This document shows positions 49,029-57,969 of a stretch of 64,000 nucleotides of DNA, piece after piece. The notes beneath the pieces were generated by a model. That model was not told the DNA's origin. It worked only from the letters and a program-made list of their open reading frames with translations, and did no database searches. This DNA is from Rubripirellula sp. (lineage in GTDB: Bacteria; Planctomycetota; Planctomycetia; Pirellulales; Pirellulaceae), in the NCBI GenBank assembly GCA_965216875.1, contig OZ244207.1, positions 7,552,001-7,616,000 on the forward strand. Direction: 5' to 3'. Position 1 is the first letter of the stretch; each line of letters starts with the position of its first letter. The translations under genes were made by a program, and so were the position numbers.

Positions 49029-49331
49029 ATGTTGATTGCTAACTCCAAATCGGAATCGAATACAGCGACTCTGGTTTCAGCGGATTGCATGTCGGCCCAA
49101 TCAGCACGTGCTCGTCTTGTGCACGATATTCGATTGTCACTACGACGCAGCGGCCACGCAGAACTGCGCAGTGTCGAAGTCGATGTTGATGGTGATCAAG
49201 TGTTGATGCAAGGTCGTGTGCCGACGTTCTATTTGAAGCAGTTGTCACAGGAACTTGTGCGGACTGTGGCGCCACAGCACAAAATCAACAACAAGCTTGT
49301 GGTTGAATCACACCCTGCCAAACGCAGATAA
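49029..49331 (+). CDS. BON-domain protein
   Basis: LRSVEVDVDGDQVLMQGRVPTFYLKQLSQE...INNKLVV, a typical single-BON pattern. Confidence 0.82.
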   Translation: MLIANSKSESNTATLVSADCMSAQSARARLVHDIRLSLRRSGHAELRSVEVDVDGDQVLMQGRVPTFYLKQLSQELVRTVAPQHKINNKLVVESHPAKRR

Positions 49332-49448
49332 GCCGCTTTCGATGCGACATGTCGTCGCACGTTAATTGCAAGTTCTTTTTGCGCGCCCCAGCGCGCACGA
49401 CTTGCTGCCTAGATGCCAGCACAAATGCCTAGTGGCTAAGATGTTGGT

Positions 49449-50156
49449 ATGAATGAGGTGATCTTTTCGGTTTGCGATGTGACCAAGGTCTACCCAATGG
49501 GTGAGATTGAGGTTCATGCGCTGCGCGGCGTGACACTTGATCTGATGGGCGGCGAGTTCACCGTCATGTTGGGCGCCAGTGGCAGCGGCAAGTCAACACT
49601 TCTCAATATCCTTGGCGGTTTGGACGTGCCAACCACCGGCACGGTCCACTACCGCGACACCGAACTGACATCGGCTTCCGAAAGTGAACTCACGCGCTAC
49701 CGGCGACAGTCGGTTGGTTTCGTGTTTCAGTTCTATAACCTCATCCCAAGTCTGACTGCGAAAGAAAACGTCGACTTGGTGACCGAGGTGGCGCGTGATC
49801 CGATGCGCAGTGAAGAGGCACTGGCGTTGGTTGATCTCGCTGATCGCTGCGATCACTTTCCGGCACAACTCTCAGGCGGCGAACAACAACGGGTCGCGAT
49901 TGCGCGAGCGATCGCCAAGCGTCCCGATGTTTTGCTTTGTGATGAACCGACCGGTGCCCTCGATGCCGGAACCGGCATCACCGTCTTGGAAGCGATCACG
50001 CGTATCAACGAGCAATTGGGGACGACCACTGCGGTCATCACTCACAACGCGTCGATTGGTGAGATTGCTGATCGTGTTTTGACACTCCGTGACGGCCGCA
50101 TCGTCGAAGACCACCGGGTTGAGCACAAGCTTTCGATCTCACAATTGCAGTGGTGA
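49449..50156 (+). CDS. ABC transporter ATP-binding protein (LolD/MacB-like)
   Basis: [44 protein letters not shown]. Confidence 0.95.
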   Translation: MNEVIFSVCDVTKVYPMGEIEVHALRGVTLDLMGGEFTVMLGASGSGKSTLLNILGGLDVPTTGTVHYRDTELTSASESELTRYRRQSVGFVFQFYNLIPSLTAKENVDLVTEVARDPMRSEEALALVDLADRCDHFPAQLSGGEQQRVAIARAIAKRPDVLLCDEPTGALDAGTGITVLEAITRINEQLGTTTAVITHNASIGEIADRVLTLRDGRIVEDHRVEHKLSISQLQW

Positions 50157-50159
50157 TCG

Positions 50160-52523
50160 ATGCGGACCTTGAATCGAAAACTGTTGCGAGAACTCAATGC
50201 GAGTCGAACGCAATCTTTGGCGATCGGTTTGGTCGTCGCGTCGGGCGTGGCCGTTTTTGTGATGGCGGTGGGAACGCTAGGCTTTCTCAGTTCGACCCGC
50301 GATGCCTACTACGATCGTTACCGATTCGGAGACGTTTTTGCCACGCTCAGTCGCGCGCCCAACACGATGGCCGCTCGGATTGAAGCGATCGATGGTGTTG
50401 CTCAAGTTCAAACCCGCATCGTTTCTGACGTGACGCTTGACGTTCCACGATTGCGTGAGCCGGCGGTCGGACGCCTGATCTCGTTGCCGGACAGCGGAGA
50501 ACCGAAACTGAACCTAGTTCACCTCCGCCAAGGGCGCATGCCGGAACCCGATCGGCCGCGAGAAGCCGTTGTGAGTGAGGCTTTCTTTGAAGCCAATCGG
50601 TTGGAAATCGGCGATTCGGTCGATGCGGTGATGAACGGACGTCTCCAGTCACTCGAGATCGTGGGCGTCGTGCTTTCGCCCGAATACGTTTTTCAGATGA
50701 GCGGACGTGACATCTTGCCAGACGACCGCCGGTTTGGCGTTTTCTGGATGCGCAATCTGCAGCTGGAAGCTGCTTTTGACATGGATGGAGCTTTCAATAA
50801 CGTTTCGCTGCGTTTGCGTCGTGGTGCCAAGACTGCCGATGTGATCGACCAGCTTGACCGAATACTCAAGCCCTACGGTGCCGTCGGAGCGATCGAACGC
50901 AAGGATCAGATCTCGGCAAAGTTTCTCAATGACGAAATCCGCCAACTCCGCGCCACCGGGCTCGTTGCGCCGATCATCTTTTTGGGCGTCGCTGCTTTCC
51001 TGTTGAATGTGGTTCTATCGAGACGGATCGGCACGCAGCGTGAAGTGATTGCGACGCTCAAAGCGTTCGGGTATTCACGAGCCGATGTCGCTTGGCACTA
51101 TCTGAAGTCGGCGATCCTGGTCGCTGGTATCGGCGCGGCGGTTGGCTCGGTGGGAGGGCTTTGGCTCGGTAGCGGATTGGCCGAGCTGTACACCGAGTTC
51201 TACCGGTTTCCGACAACGGTCTACCACGTTGATGCTCGAGTCGTCGTGTTGGCGTTTGGAATCAGCGTCGCAGCTGCAACCGTGGGGGCGTATCGAGCTG
51301 TCAGCCAAGCAGCCCGATTGCAACCGGCCGAAGCGATGCGCCCACAAACGCCCCGGACTTTCAAACGCTCACTGATCGAACGCTTGGGGCTGTCGGCATG
51401 GGTGCCCTTGGTGGGACGCATGATCTTTCGTGGTTTCGAACGCCGCCCGATCCACGCAGCACTCTCTTCGCTGGGCATCGGATGTTCGGTCTCGGTGTTG
51501 TTGATGAGTCAGTTTTCGTTTGATGCTATCGATCACTTGATCGCCTTTCAATTCGGAGCGGCGCAGCGACAGGATGTTCAAGTCAACTTTTTTCAAGTCA
51601 CATCGCCCAGTGCGAAATTTGACCTGCAAAACATCCCCGGTGTTCAGGATGTCGAGGTTTTTCGCGCTGTTCCGGTCACCTTCAAGCATGGTCACCACGA
51701 ACATCGGTCGTCGATCATGGGCTTGGCGTCGCGGCGAGACCTGTTTCGATTACTTAACACCGACGCACAGCCGATTCGTATTCCGCCCGATGGCATTGTC
51801 CTGGGCGACAAGCTTGCGGACATCTTGCACATTCAACTTGGCGAGGAACTGACGGTCGAAGTGCTCGAGGGATCGGAGCCGACACTGTCCATTCGTGTCA
51901 CCGGAATTGCAACCGAGTACGCCGGCGCTGGTGCCTACATGGATCGCCGTGCGCTGAATCAATTGATGCGTGAAACGGATGCGATTTCAGGCGCATACCT
52001 TTCGGTCGATAGCCAACAAGCCGACGCGATCTACCAAGATCTCAAGCAAACACCGCGAATCGCGTCGGTCGCGGTCAAGTCCGCGACCGTCGATCAATTT
52101 CGCAAAACGATCGCCGAAAACCAGACGACGATGTTGTCCTTCACCATCTTTTTTGCATCGGTGATTGCGATCGGCGTTGTCTACAACACCGCGCGGATCT
52201 CGCTAGATGAACGAAGTCGCGAGCTGGCGACGTTACGCGTGATCGGTTTTACGCGCCGAGAAGTCTCGATCATCTTGTTGGGTGAGTTGGCGATCATCAC
52301 GCTGGTCGCGATCCCAATCGGATGGGCGATCGGTTACGCCTTTTGCTATTCGATGGCAAAGGGATTCGAATCAGAACTATTTCGTATTCCGATGGTGATC
52401 TACGCGCGAAGCTATGCGCAATCAGGTCTCGTTGTCTGCATTGCCGCCGCATTGAGCGGTCTGTTGGTGCGTCGACGATTGGATCACCTTGATTTGGTCG
52501 AAGTCTTGAAGAGTCGAGAGTGA
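50160..52523 (+). CDS. FtsX/MacB-like ABC permease (duplicated)
   Basis: 787 aa, two halves each with a periplasmic domain and [11 protein letters not shown] / [10 protein letters not shown] motifs. Confidence 0.92.
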   Translation: MRTLNRKLLRELNASRTQSLAIGLVVASGVAVFVMAVGTLGFLSSTRDAYYDRYRFGDVFATLSRAPNTMAARIEAIDGVAQVQTRIVSDVTLDVPRLREPAVGRLISLPDSGEPKLNLVHLRQGRMPEPDRPREAVVSEAFFEANRLEIGDSVDAVMNGRLQSLEIVGVVLSPEYVFQMSGRDILPDDRRFGVFWMRNLQLEAAFDMDGAFNNVSLRLRRGAKTADVIDQLDRILKPYGAVGAIERKDQISAKFLNDEIRQLRATGLVAPIIFLGVAAFLLNVVLSRRIGTQREVIATLKAFGYSRADVAWHYLKSAILVAGIGAAVGSVGGLWLGSGLAELYTEFYRFPTTVYHVDARVVVLAFGISVAAATVGAYRAVSQAARLQPAEAMRPQTPRTFKRSLIERLGLSAWVPLVGRMIFRGFERRPIHAALSSLGIGCSVSVLLMSQFSFDAIDHLIAFQFGAAQRQDVQVNFFQVTSPSAKFDLQNIPGVQDVEVFRAVPVTFKHGHHEHRSSIMGLASRRDLFRLLNTDAQPIRIPPDGIVLGDKLADILHIQLGEELTVEVLEGSEPTLSIRVTGIATEYAGAGAYMDRRALNQLMRETDAISGAYLSVDSQQADAIYQDLKQTPRIASVAVKSATVDQFRKTIAENQTTMLSFTIFFASVIAIGVVYNTARISLDERSRELATLRVIGFTRREVSIILLGELAIITLVAIPIGWAIGYAFCYSMAKGFESELFRIPMVIYARSYAQSGLVVCIAAALSGLLVRRRLDHLDLVEVLKSRE

Positions 52524-53731
52524 ACACGACACCAACAAAACTGCGCCGTTACCTTTACTGGGGAATTGGGTTGGCCTTGCTGATCATGGCCGTCTTCTAC
52601 GCATTGCGCCCCGTTCCTGTCCTGGTCGATGTTGCGGTGGTCCAGCGTGAACCGATGGAAGTGACCGTTGACGAGGACGGTGTGACTCGTATTCGCGAGC
52701 GGTATGTCATTTCGACGCCACTCGCGGGACGTTTGCAGCGGATCTCGTTCGATGTCGGCGATGATGTGACGGCGGGGACAACGATTGTCGCGCGAATGGA
52801 ACCAACGTCGCCAACACTGTTGGATCCCCGCGAAGTAGCTCAAGCACGAGCACGCGTGCGCGCGGCCGAACGCAAACTCGAGGCGTCCAAGGCATCGTTG
52901 GCGAAAGCGGAAGCAGCCGTGCAGTTTGCTGAATCGGAAATGGGCCGGGTGCGAAGTTTGCGCGATCGCAACGCATCGTCGGATCTTGAATTCGAAACAC
53001 GCGAGCTTGAATTCCGACAAAGCACCGAAGAAGCACGCGCTGCAGGCTTCGCCGTCGACATCGCTGTATATGAACTGGAACTCGAAAAGGCCGCAATGCT
53101 GCTTACCGATCCCGACGCCAACGGTTCGTCGGTCATGGAGCTTTCGATCAAAGCGCCCATTGATGGTCGTATCTTGCGGATCTATCAGGAAAGCACTGCG
53201 GTTCTGGTCGCCGGCAGTCCGCTGGTCGAGATTGGAGATCCGTCCGATTTGGAAATTGTTGCCGACGTACTCTCAAGAGACGCCGTGCGCATCCACGCTG
53301 GCAACCCCGTTCGTTTGGAGCATTGGGGTGGAACTCAACCGCTGATTGGCCGCGTCCGTCTGGTGGAACCTTCCGGTTTCACAAAACTCTCGGCGCTCGG
53401 CGTCGAAGAACAACGGGTCAACGCCATCATCGACTTGGTCGATCCACCCGACGCAAGGCCAACGCTCGGGGATAACTTTCGTGTTGATTGTCGCATCGCC
53501 GTGTGGCGCGGCGAGGATGTCTTGCAAGTGCCTACTAGCGCGCTTTTTCGAATCGAAGGTGATTGGCATGTCTTCATCGCCTCGGGCGGGATTGCAAAGA
53601 AGATACCGATCGATATCGAACACACCAACGGCCAGTACGCGCAAGTCACAGGCGGATTGGAACCAGGACAACGGGTCATCGTGCACCCAGGCGACAAGGT
53701 GCAAGACGGCGTCCATGTGGCGCTGCGCTAG
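52520..53731 (+). CDS. Periplasmic adaptor (HlyD/MFP family)
   Basis: N-terminal TM, lipoyl halves (ISTPLAG, IKAPIDG), coiled coil, TKLSALGVEEQRV, VPTSALF. Confidence 0.92.
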   Translation: MNTTPTKLRRYLYWGIGLALLIMAVFYALRPVPVLVDVAVVQREPMEVTVDEDGVTRIRERYVISTPLAGRLQRISFDVGDDVTAGTTIVARMEPTSPTLLDPREVAQARARVRAAERKLEASKASLAKAEAAVQFAESEMGRVRSLRDRNASSDLEFETRELEFRQSTEEARAAGFAVDIAVYELELEKAAMLLTDPDANGSSVMELSIKAPIDGRILRIYQESTAVLVAGSPLVEIGDPSDLEIVADVLSRDAVRIHAGNPVRLEHWGGTQPLIGRVRLVEPSGFTKLSALGVEEQRVNAIIDLVDPPDARPTLGDNFRVDCRIAVWRGEDVLQVPTSALFRIEGDWHVFIASGGIAKKIPIDIEHTNGQYAQVTGGLEPGQRVIVHPGDKVQDGVHVALR

Positions 53732-53778
53732 TCCGCGATCCGGATCTCCACTGGCTTGGTAAACGGTTTTACGCGTGC

Positions 53779-54612
53779 CTAGATCGCCCCAATTGCCTTG
53801 ATGTGTTCGGGACCTGTTCCGCAGCAACCGCCGATGATCGTTGCGCCCGCGTCGATCCAACTCCTGGCAAACTTCGCGTAGGTCGCCGCGCCTGGTTCGG
53901 TACTCGATTGCCAGCCGATGTTGTCGTCGACTCGGCCCGCATTCGCATAGGCGCCGATTGGAACGCCAAGCCTTGCACCGGCAAGTCTCTCGACAAAACG
54001 AAGTGTCATGGTTGCGGGGATGCAGTTGACGAGGATCGCCGACGCACCTTGATCGACCGCTCGCCGTGCTCCTTCGTCGATTTCTGCTAGTGAAAGTAAG
54101 TCGCCATCAGGGCCAGCGGTAAAGGCGACCCAAGTTTCAATGCCCGTTTTCACACCCGCGCCGACTGCCGCGACCGCTTCGCCTACATGGGGAAACGTCT
54201 CGCACAGCAGCAGGTCACAACCCGCTTCGGCCAACGCCTCGGCCATCTCGCGATGTTCGCTTTCGGGATGCTCCGGTGAAAGATCGGGGCGATAACAATC
54301 TTCGAGCGGTGAGATGCATCCAGCAATGCGTTGGGACTGGCTCGGAACGTCGGATGACTCGATCGCGTGCCTGGTGAGTGCGACGGCTTCGCGGGTGAGC
54401 CGTTCCCAATCGTCACCCGCTGTTCGGCGTTTGGTGCGAAACGTGTTGGCCGTTTGCACGATCGCCCCAGCAGCGATGTAGTCACGGTGGATCTGCCGCA
54501 CGACGTCGGGAGCCGAATCGATCGCCGACGCACTCCAAAGTGGCAGCGTTGTGTCGACACCACGTGCATCGAGCTGCGTTCCGAGCGGACCGTCCAACAG
54601 AATCGGCTTCAT
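53779..54612 (-). CDS. Homocysteine S-methyltransferase family protein
   Basis: LLDGPLGTQL, PLWSA, IHRDYIAAGA, ANTF, LLCET, LVNC, IGGCCGTGPEHI. Confidence 0.92.
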   Translation of the reverse strand: MKPILLDGPLGTQLDARGVDTTLPLWSASAIDSAPDVVRQIHRDYIAAGAIVQTANTFRTKRRTAGDDWERLTREAVALTRHAIESSDVPSQSQRIAGCISPLEDCYRPDLSPEHPESEHREMAEALAEAGCDLLLCETFPHVGEAVAAVGAGVKTGIETWVAFTAGPDGDLLSLAEIDEGARRAVDQGASAILVNCIPATMTLRFVERLAGARLGVPIGAYANAGRVDDNIGWQSSTEPGAATYAKFARSWIDAGATIIGGCCGTGPEHIKAIGAI

Positions 54613-54617
54613 GGCGG

Positions 54618-56894
54618 TTAGCCGACGAGTTCGGCAGCCTTGTCTTTGGCTTGTTTCAAATCAAGCTTGCCTGTGCCCAGCATCGGAATCTTGTCAACAA
54701 CAAAGAAACTGTCCGGTGAGGGAATGAAAAGGTTGGGCAGGCCCGCTTCGCTTAGCTTCGCCCGCACCTGATCGATTTCTCGGTCGGTTTCCAAGTGCAA
54801 CACGATCAGGCGTTCACCTTTCTTGGGATCGGGAACGGCCGTCACACAAACACGAACCTCTTCGTCTTCGTCGCCTTCGCAAAAGATCTGCGAAAGCTCA
54901 TCCTCGATTTTGACGTGCGGGACCATCTCGCCGCCAATCTTCGAAAAACGACTGACCCGTCCGGTGATGTGCAAGAAACCCTCTTTGTCGACGTGGGCAA
55001 TATCGCCGGTGTTGTACCAACCCTCTTGGATCGCTTCCTTGGTCTGCTCTTCGCGATTGGCATAACCCTGCATGACGTTGGGCCCGGTGATCATGAGCAT
55101 TCCGTCTTCGCCAGCTTCCAGTTCTTCGCCGGTATCGGGTGAAACAATTCGAGCCGAAACTCCGGGCAGCGGTCGACCGACGGAGCCTTCGACCAAATCG
55201 GGTTGGTATTTTGCAGAGGATCGCGTGGGCGGGATGTTGACCGAAACCAGCGGGCTCAGTTCCGTCGCACCGTAACCTTCGACGGGGCGGATACCAAACT
55301 TCTTTTCAAACGCGTCGAATAAGTCGGCCGGCATTTTTTCAGCGCCCACCACAACGACATCAAGCGATTTGAATTGCTCTGGCGTCACACGCCGCAAGTA
55401 ACTTCTCAGGAAGGTCGGTGTGCCAAGCAAGACGGACACGTCGTGTCTTTCACAAAGCTTACCGATCTGCCGAGCGTCAAGCGGGTTGTAGTGATAGATC
55501 CCTTTGGGGCCCAGCGTTTGAGCCGCCCAAAGCGTTACCGAGTATCCAAATGAATGGAAGAACGGCAGGATGCCAAGCACGGTGTCTTGGTTGTCCAACC
55601 GGATCGCCCGTTCGATCGCATCGACGTTGTGGCTGATGTTCGTGTTCGAGAGCATCACGCCCTTTGGCATGCCCGTTGATCCACTGGTGAAAATGATCGT
55701 CAGCAGGTCGTCGCCGTGAACCTTGTGTAGGCCCAACATGCGAGTCAGCAGACCCGCGGGAACGAGTCTCGCTTGGATCGCGGCGATCGCTTTGTCCATC
55801 GCCGTGACTTTGTCCTTGAGTTTTTCAAGGATGATCATTTCGGCATCGAGATCGAAATCGAGTTTGCTGAGGAACTTTTCGCTTGTCAGCACATGCTTGA
55901 TACCAACATCGGCAATGCAGTGGTTTAGGACTTCGCTGCTGACAGTGTAGTTCAAGTTCGCAGAAACGCGTTGGTCCATCGCCAAGGCAACGTTGACGAC
56001 CACACCGCCAACGGCTGGCGGCAGCAAGACACCAACGACCTTTTCGTCGTCAGTAAACACTTCTCGGCGGAGCATGCGTCGCAGCGCGAGAACGCGGGTC
56101 AGCAGGTCACGTGCGGACACAGCTTGGCCCGACGAATCGGCAGCTTGAACGCGACTGCCGTTTCTTTTCCAAACCTTGATGACACGACTTGCAAGGTTCG
56201 GGTAGCGAAAACGTTGTTCAGTCGTTGCGTGGGATCCCAGGGCTTGCACTTGTGTTCTCACTTTTTCCAACGAGGTTGTGCCATCAAGGGGTTTGCCAAT
56301 GTATAGCGTTAGGGTTCGGTGAAGTCGTCTCGGCCATTTGAAGAAAAACTTGCCCCCCGAGAAGCTAAAGATGCTGCCCCACATCCCCTCGAGCCACATG
56401 GGGACGATGGGAACATCATCGGTCCCTTTCAGGATTTTGGTCAGTCCGGGGCGAAAGGCTTGAAGTTGTCCTGTGCGGGTGATCGTGCCTTCTGGAAAGA
56501 TCCCGATCACCTCTCCTGACTTGACCCCTTCACGCGCCGTTTTTAGCGCCCGCCCGATCGATTTTGGGTTGGGATGCATCAAAATCGTATCGAATGCGCC
56601 GGCTAGCCATTCACCAGCCTTGCCCGGAAAGTTGCCCCCGTCGACCACGAAGCGGACATTCCGCGGCAGCATCCACAGGATCAATATTCCATCCAGGTAG
56701 GAAACGTGGTTGCAGACGACGACGCATCCTGATTCTGGCAAGTTTTCCAGGCCAAAAACGCGTTTGCGGTAGAGGAGCCCCAGAATCACACGAAACGGAC
56801 CCCGGACAAACAGCCGCCGGTTAAAAATCGCCAGCAGCAGTAAACTCACGATCGCCGCGACGACAATCACGATGGTGGTTTGAAATCCGGTCAC
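54618..56894 (-). CDS. aas: Bifunctional acyltransferase / acyl-ACP synthetase (Aas-like, no MFS domain)
   Basis: NHVSYLD, IFPEG (PlsC); FTSGSTGMPKG, EGYGATE, YNTGD, RFSKIGGEMV, GTGK (AMP-binding). Confidence 0.9.
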   Translation of the reverse strand: MTGFQTTIVIVVAAIVSLLLLAIFNRRLFVRGPFRVILGLLYRKRVFGLENLPESGCVVVCNHVSYLDGILILWMLPRNVRFVVDGGNFPGKAGEWLAGAFDTILMHPNPKSIGRALKTAREGVKSGEVIGIFPEGTITRTGQLQAFRPGLTKILKGTDDVPIVPMWLEGMWGSIFSFSGGKFFFKWPRRLHRTLTLYIGKPLDGTTSLEKVRTQVQALGSHATTEQRFRYPNLASRVIKVWKRNGSRVQAADSSGQAVSARDLLTRVLALRRMLRREVFTDDEKVVGVLLPPAVGGVVVNVALAMDQRVSANLNYTVSSEVLNHCIADVGIKHVLTSEKFLSKLDFDLDAEMIILEKLKDKVTAMDKAIAAIQARLVPAGLLTRMLGLHKVHGDDLLTIIFTSGSTGMPKGVMLSNTNISHNVDAIERAIRLDNQDTVLGILPFFHSFGYSVTLWAAQTLGPKGIYHYNPLDARQIGKLCERHDVSVLLGTPTFLRSYLRRVTPEQFKSLDVVVVGAEKMPADLFDAFEKKFGIRPVEGYGATELSPLVSVNIPPTRSSAKYQPDLVEGSVGRPLPGVSARIVSPDTGEELEAGEDGMLMITGPNVMQGYANREEQTKEAIQEGWYNTGDIAHVDKEGFLHITGRVSRFSKIGGEMVPHVKIEDELSQIFCEGDEDEEVRVCVTAVPDPKKGERLIVLHLETDREIDQVRAKLSEAGLPNLFIPSPDSFFVVDKIPMLGTGKLDLKQAKDKAAELVG

Positions 56895-57050
56895 GCTTTC
56901 CTTCTCGTTTCCCTACCTGTTGCCCAATCCTAAGTTGAGTTGCCCCATAGAGTAACGAATCGACGGCCAATTCACCTAGCTCGGATTCCCAGCCGTGACA
57001 CCCTGGCAACGGACATTCAGGGCGGACACCAAAATCCAGCCGCTAGAGGG

Positions 57051-57540
57051 TTCCACCTTCTGGCGAAGGTAGCTCCGTTGGTAGTACCGCCTTTAGGCGG
57101 AATCTACAGACTCTTCCGCCTCAAGGCGGGACTACAAACGACTCGTGAGCCGAACGCGCTAGCGTCGAGCCATAATCTTCGTAGCTACGCTCGCCAGCCT
57201 GACAGCACCTTCCACCTTCTAGCGAAGGTAGCTCCGTTCGTAGTATTGCCTTTAGGCTGAATCTACAGACTCTTCCGCCTCAAGGCGGGACTACAAACGA
57301 CCCGCGAGCCGAACGCGCTCGCGTCGGGCCCTAATCTTCGTAGCTACGCTCGCCAGAGCGTGGAGTGGTAGAAAGCGGTCTGACAGCACCTTCCACCTTC
57401 TGGCGAAGGTAGCTACGTGAGTCGCGATCGCGTGAGCGGCCGGGTCTTTCACTCCCTCACGCGTGATGCGAACACCCGTCATGCGGAGCATGACCTACGA
57501 CTCACGCGTGATGTGAACGCCCGTCATGCGGAGCATGACC
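57051..57540. repeat. Mosaic REP array: two ~159-bp tandem units (REP-D/C/C/A/D) plus a partial third, then two 45-bp units carrying REP-B
   Basis: Units start at 57051, 57210 and 57391; CTCACGCGTGATG.GAAC.CCCGTCATGCGGAGCATGACC at 57456 and 57501. Confidence 0.9.
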
Positions 57541-57785
57541 ATCCGGCGATCATTTTGGGCAACACAAAGATGGAAGACTTCGCCGGTGTTCCCAAGCCGA
57601 ACGATCCAGCAGGTTGGACGAAGTGGAACTCTTCGTGCCATACCTGTCACGGATCCACCTCTGGCGATGCGTCTCAGCAAGCGTTCTTTCCGTTCCACGT
57701 CTGGACGGGACCGATCACCGATCCAGGGATCAACGCCTATGAGTCATTGGATTTCGTTTGGTCCATTGCCTTCCATGCGAGGTAG
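57541..57785 (+). pseudogene. 3' remnant of a cytochrome c family gene
   Basis: PAIILGNTKMED...WNSSCHTCHG...LDFVWSIAFHAR-stop; no signal peptide or credible 5' half, upstream sequence is REP array. Confidence 0.6.
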
Positions 57786-57969
57786 CTATGTAGGGCTACC
57801 GTCGGCCCAAACGTGCTGATATCGCTCCGAAAAGGGGATGCGACGTGTTTCGGCAACGCGTCGCAATCGTTGGTACAATCGTGCAGCGCCGCCAGTTTGT
57901 GTGACCAACACAAACTGGCCGGTCCTGCCCAAGCCACCACCCCCTCCCCAATATTCCGGAGCCGATGTG

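Noticed and set aside
18447..53731. Island as a mobile element or prophage
   Set aside because: No integrase, transposase, tRNA or att repeats seen, and it carries the same REP families as the flanks.
57051..57540. Possible CRISPR array
   Set aside because: Sequences between repeats are themselves repeated, units are palindromic REPs found elsewhere in the window, and there are no cas genes.
57417..57540. N-terminal part of ORF 57417-57785 as real coding sequence
   Set aside because: It is a translation of the 45-bp tandem REP units (LTRDANTRHAEHD twice).
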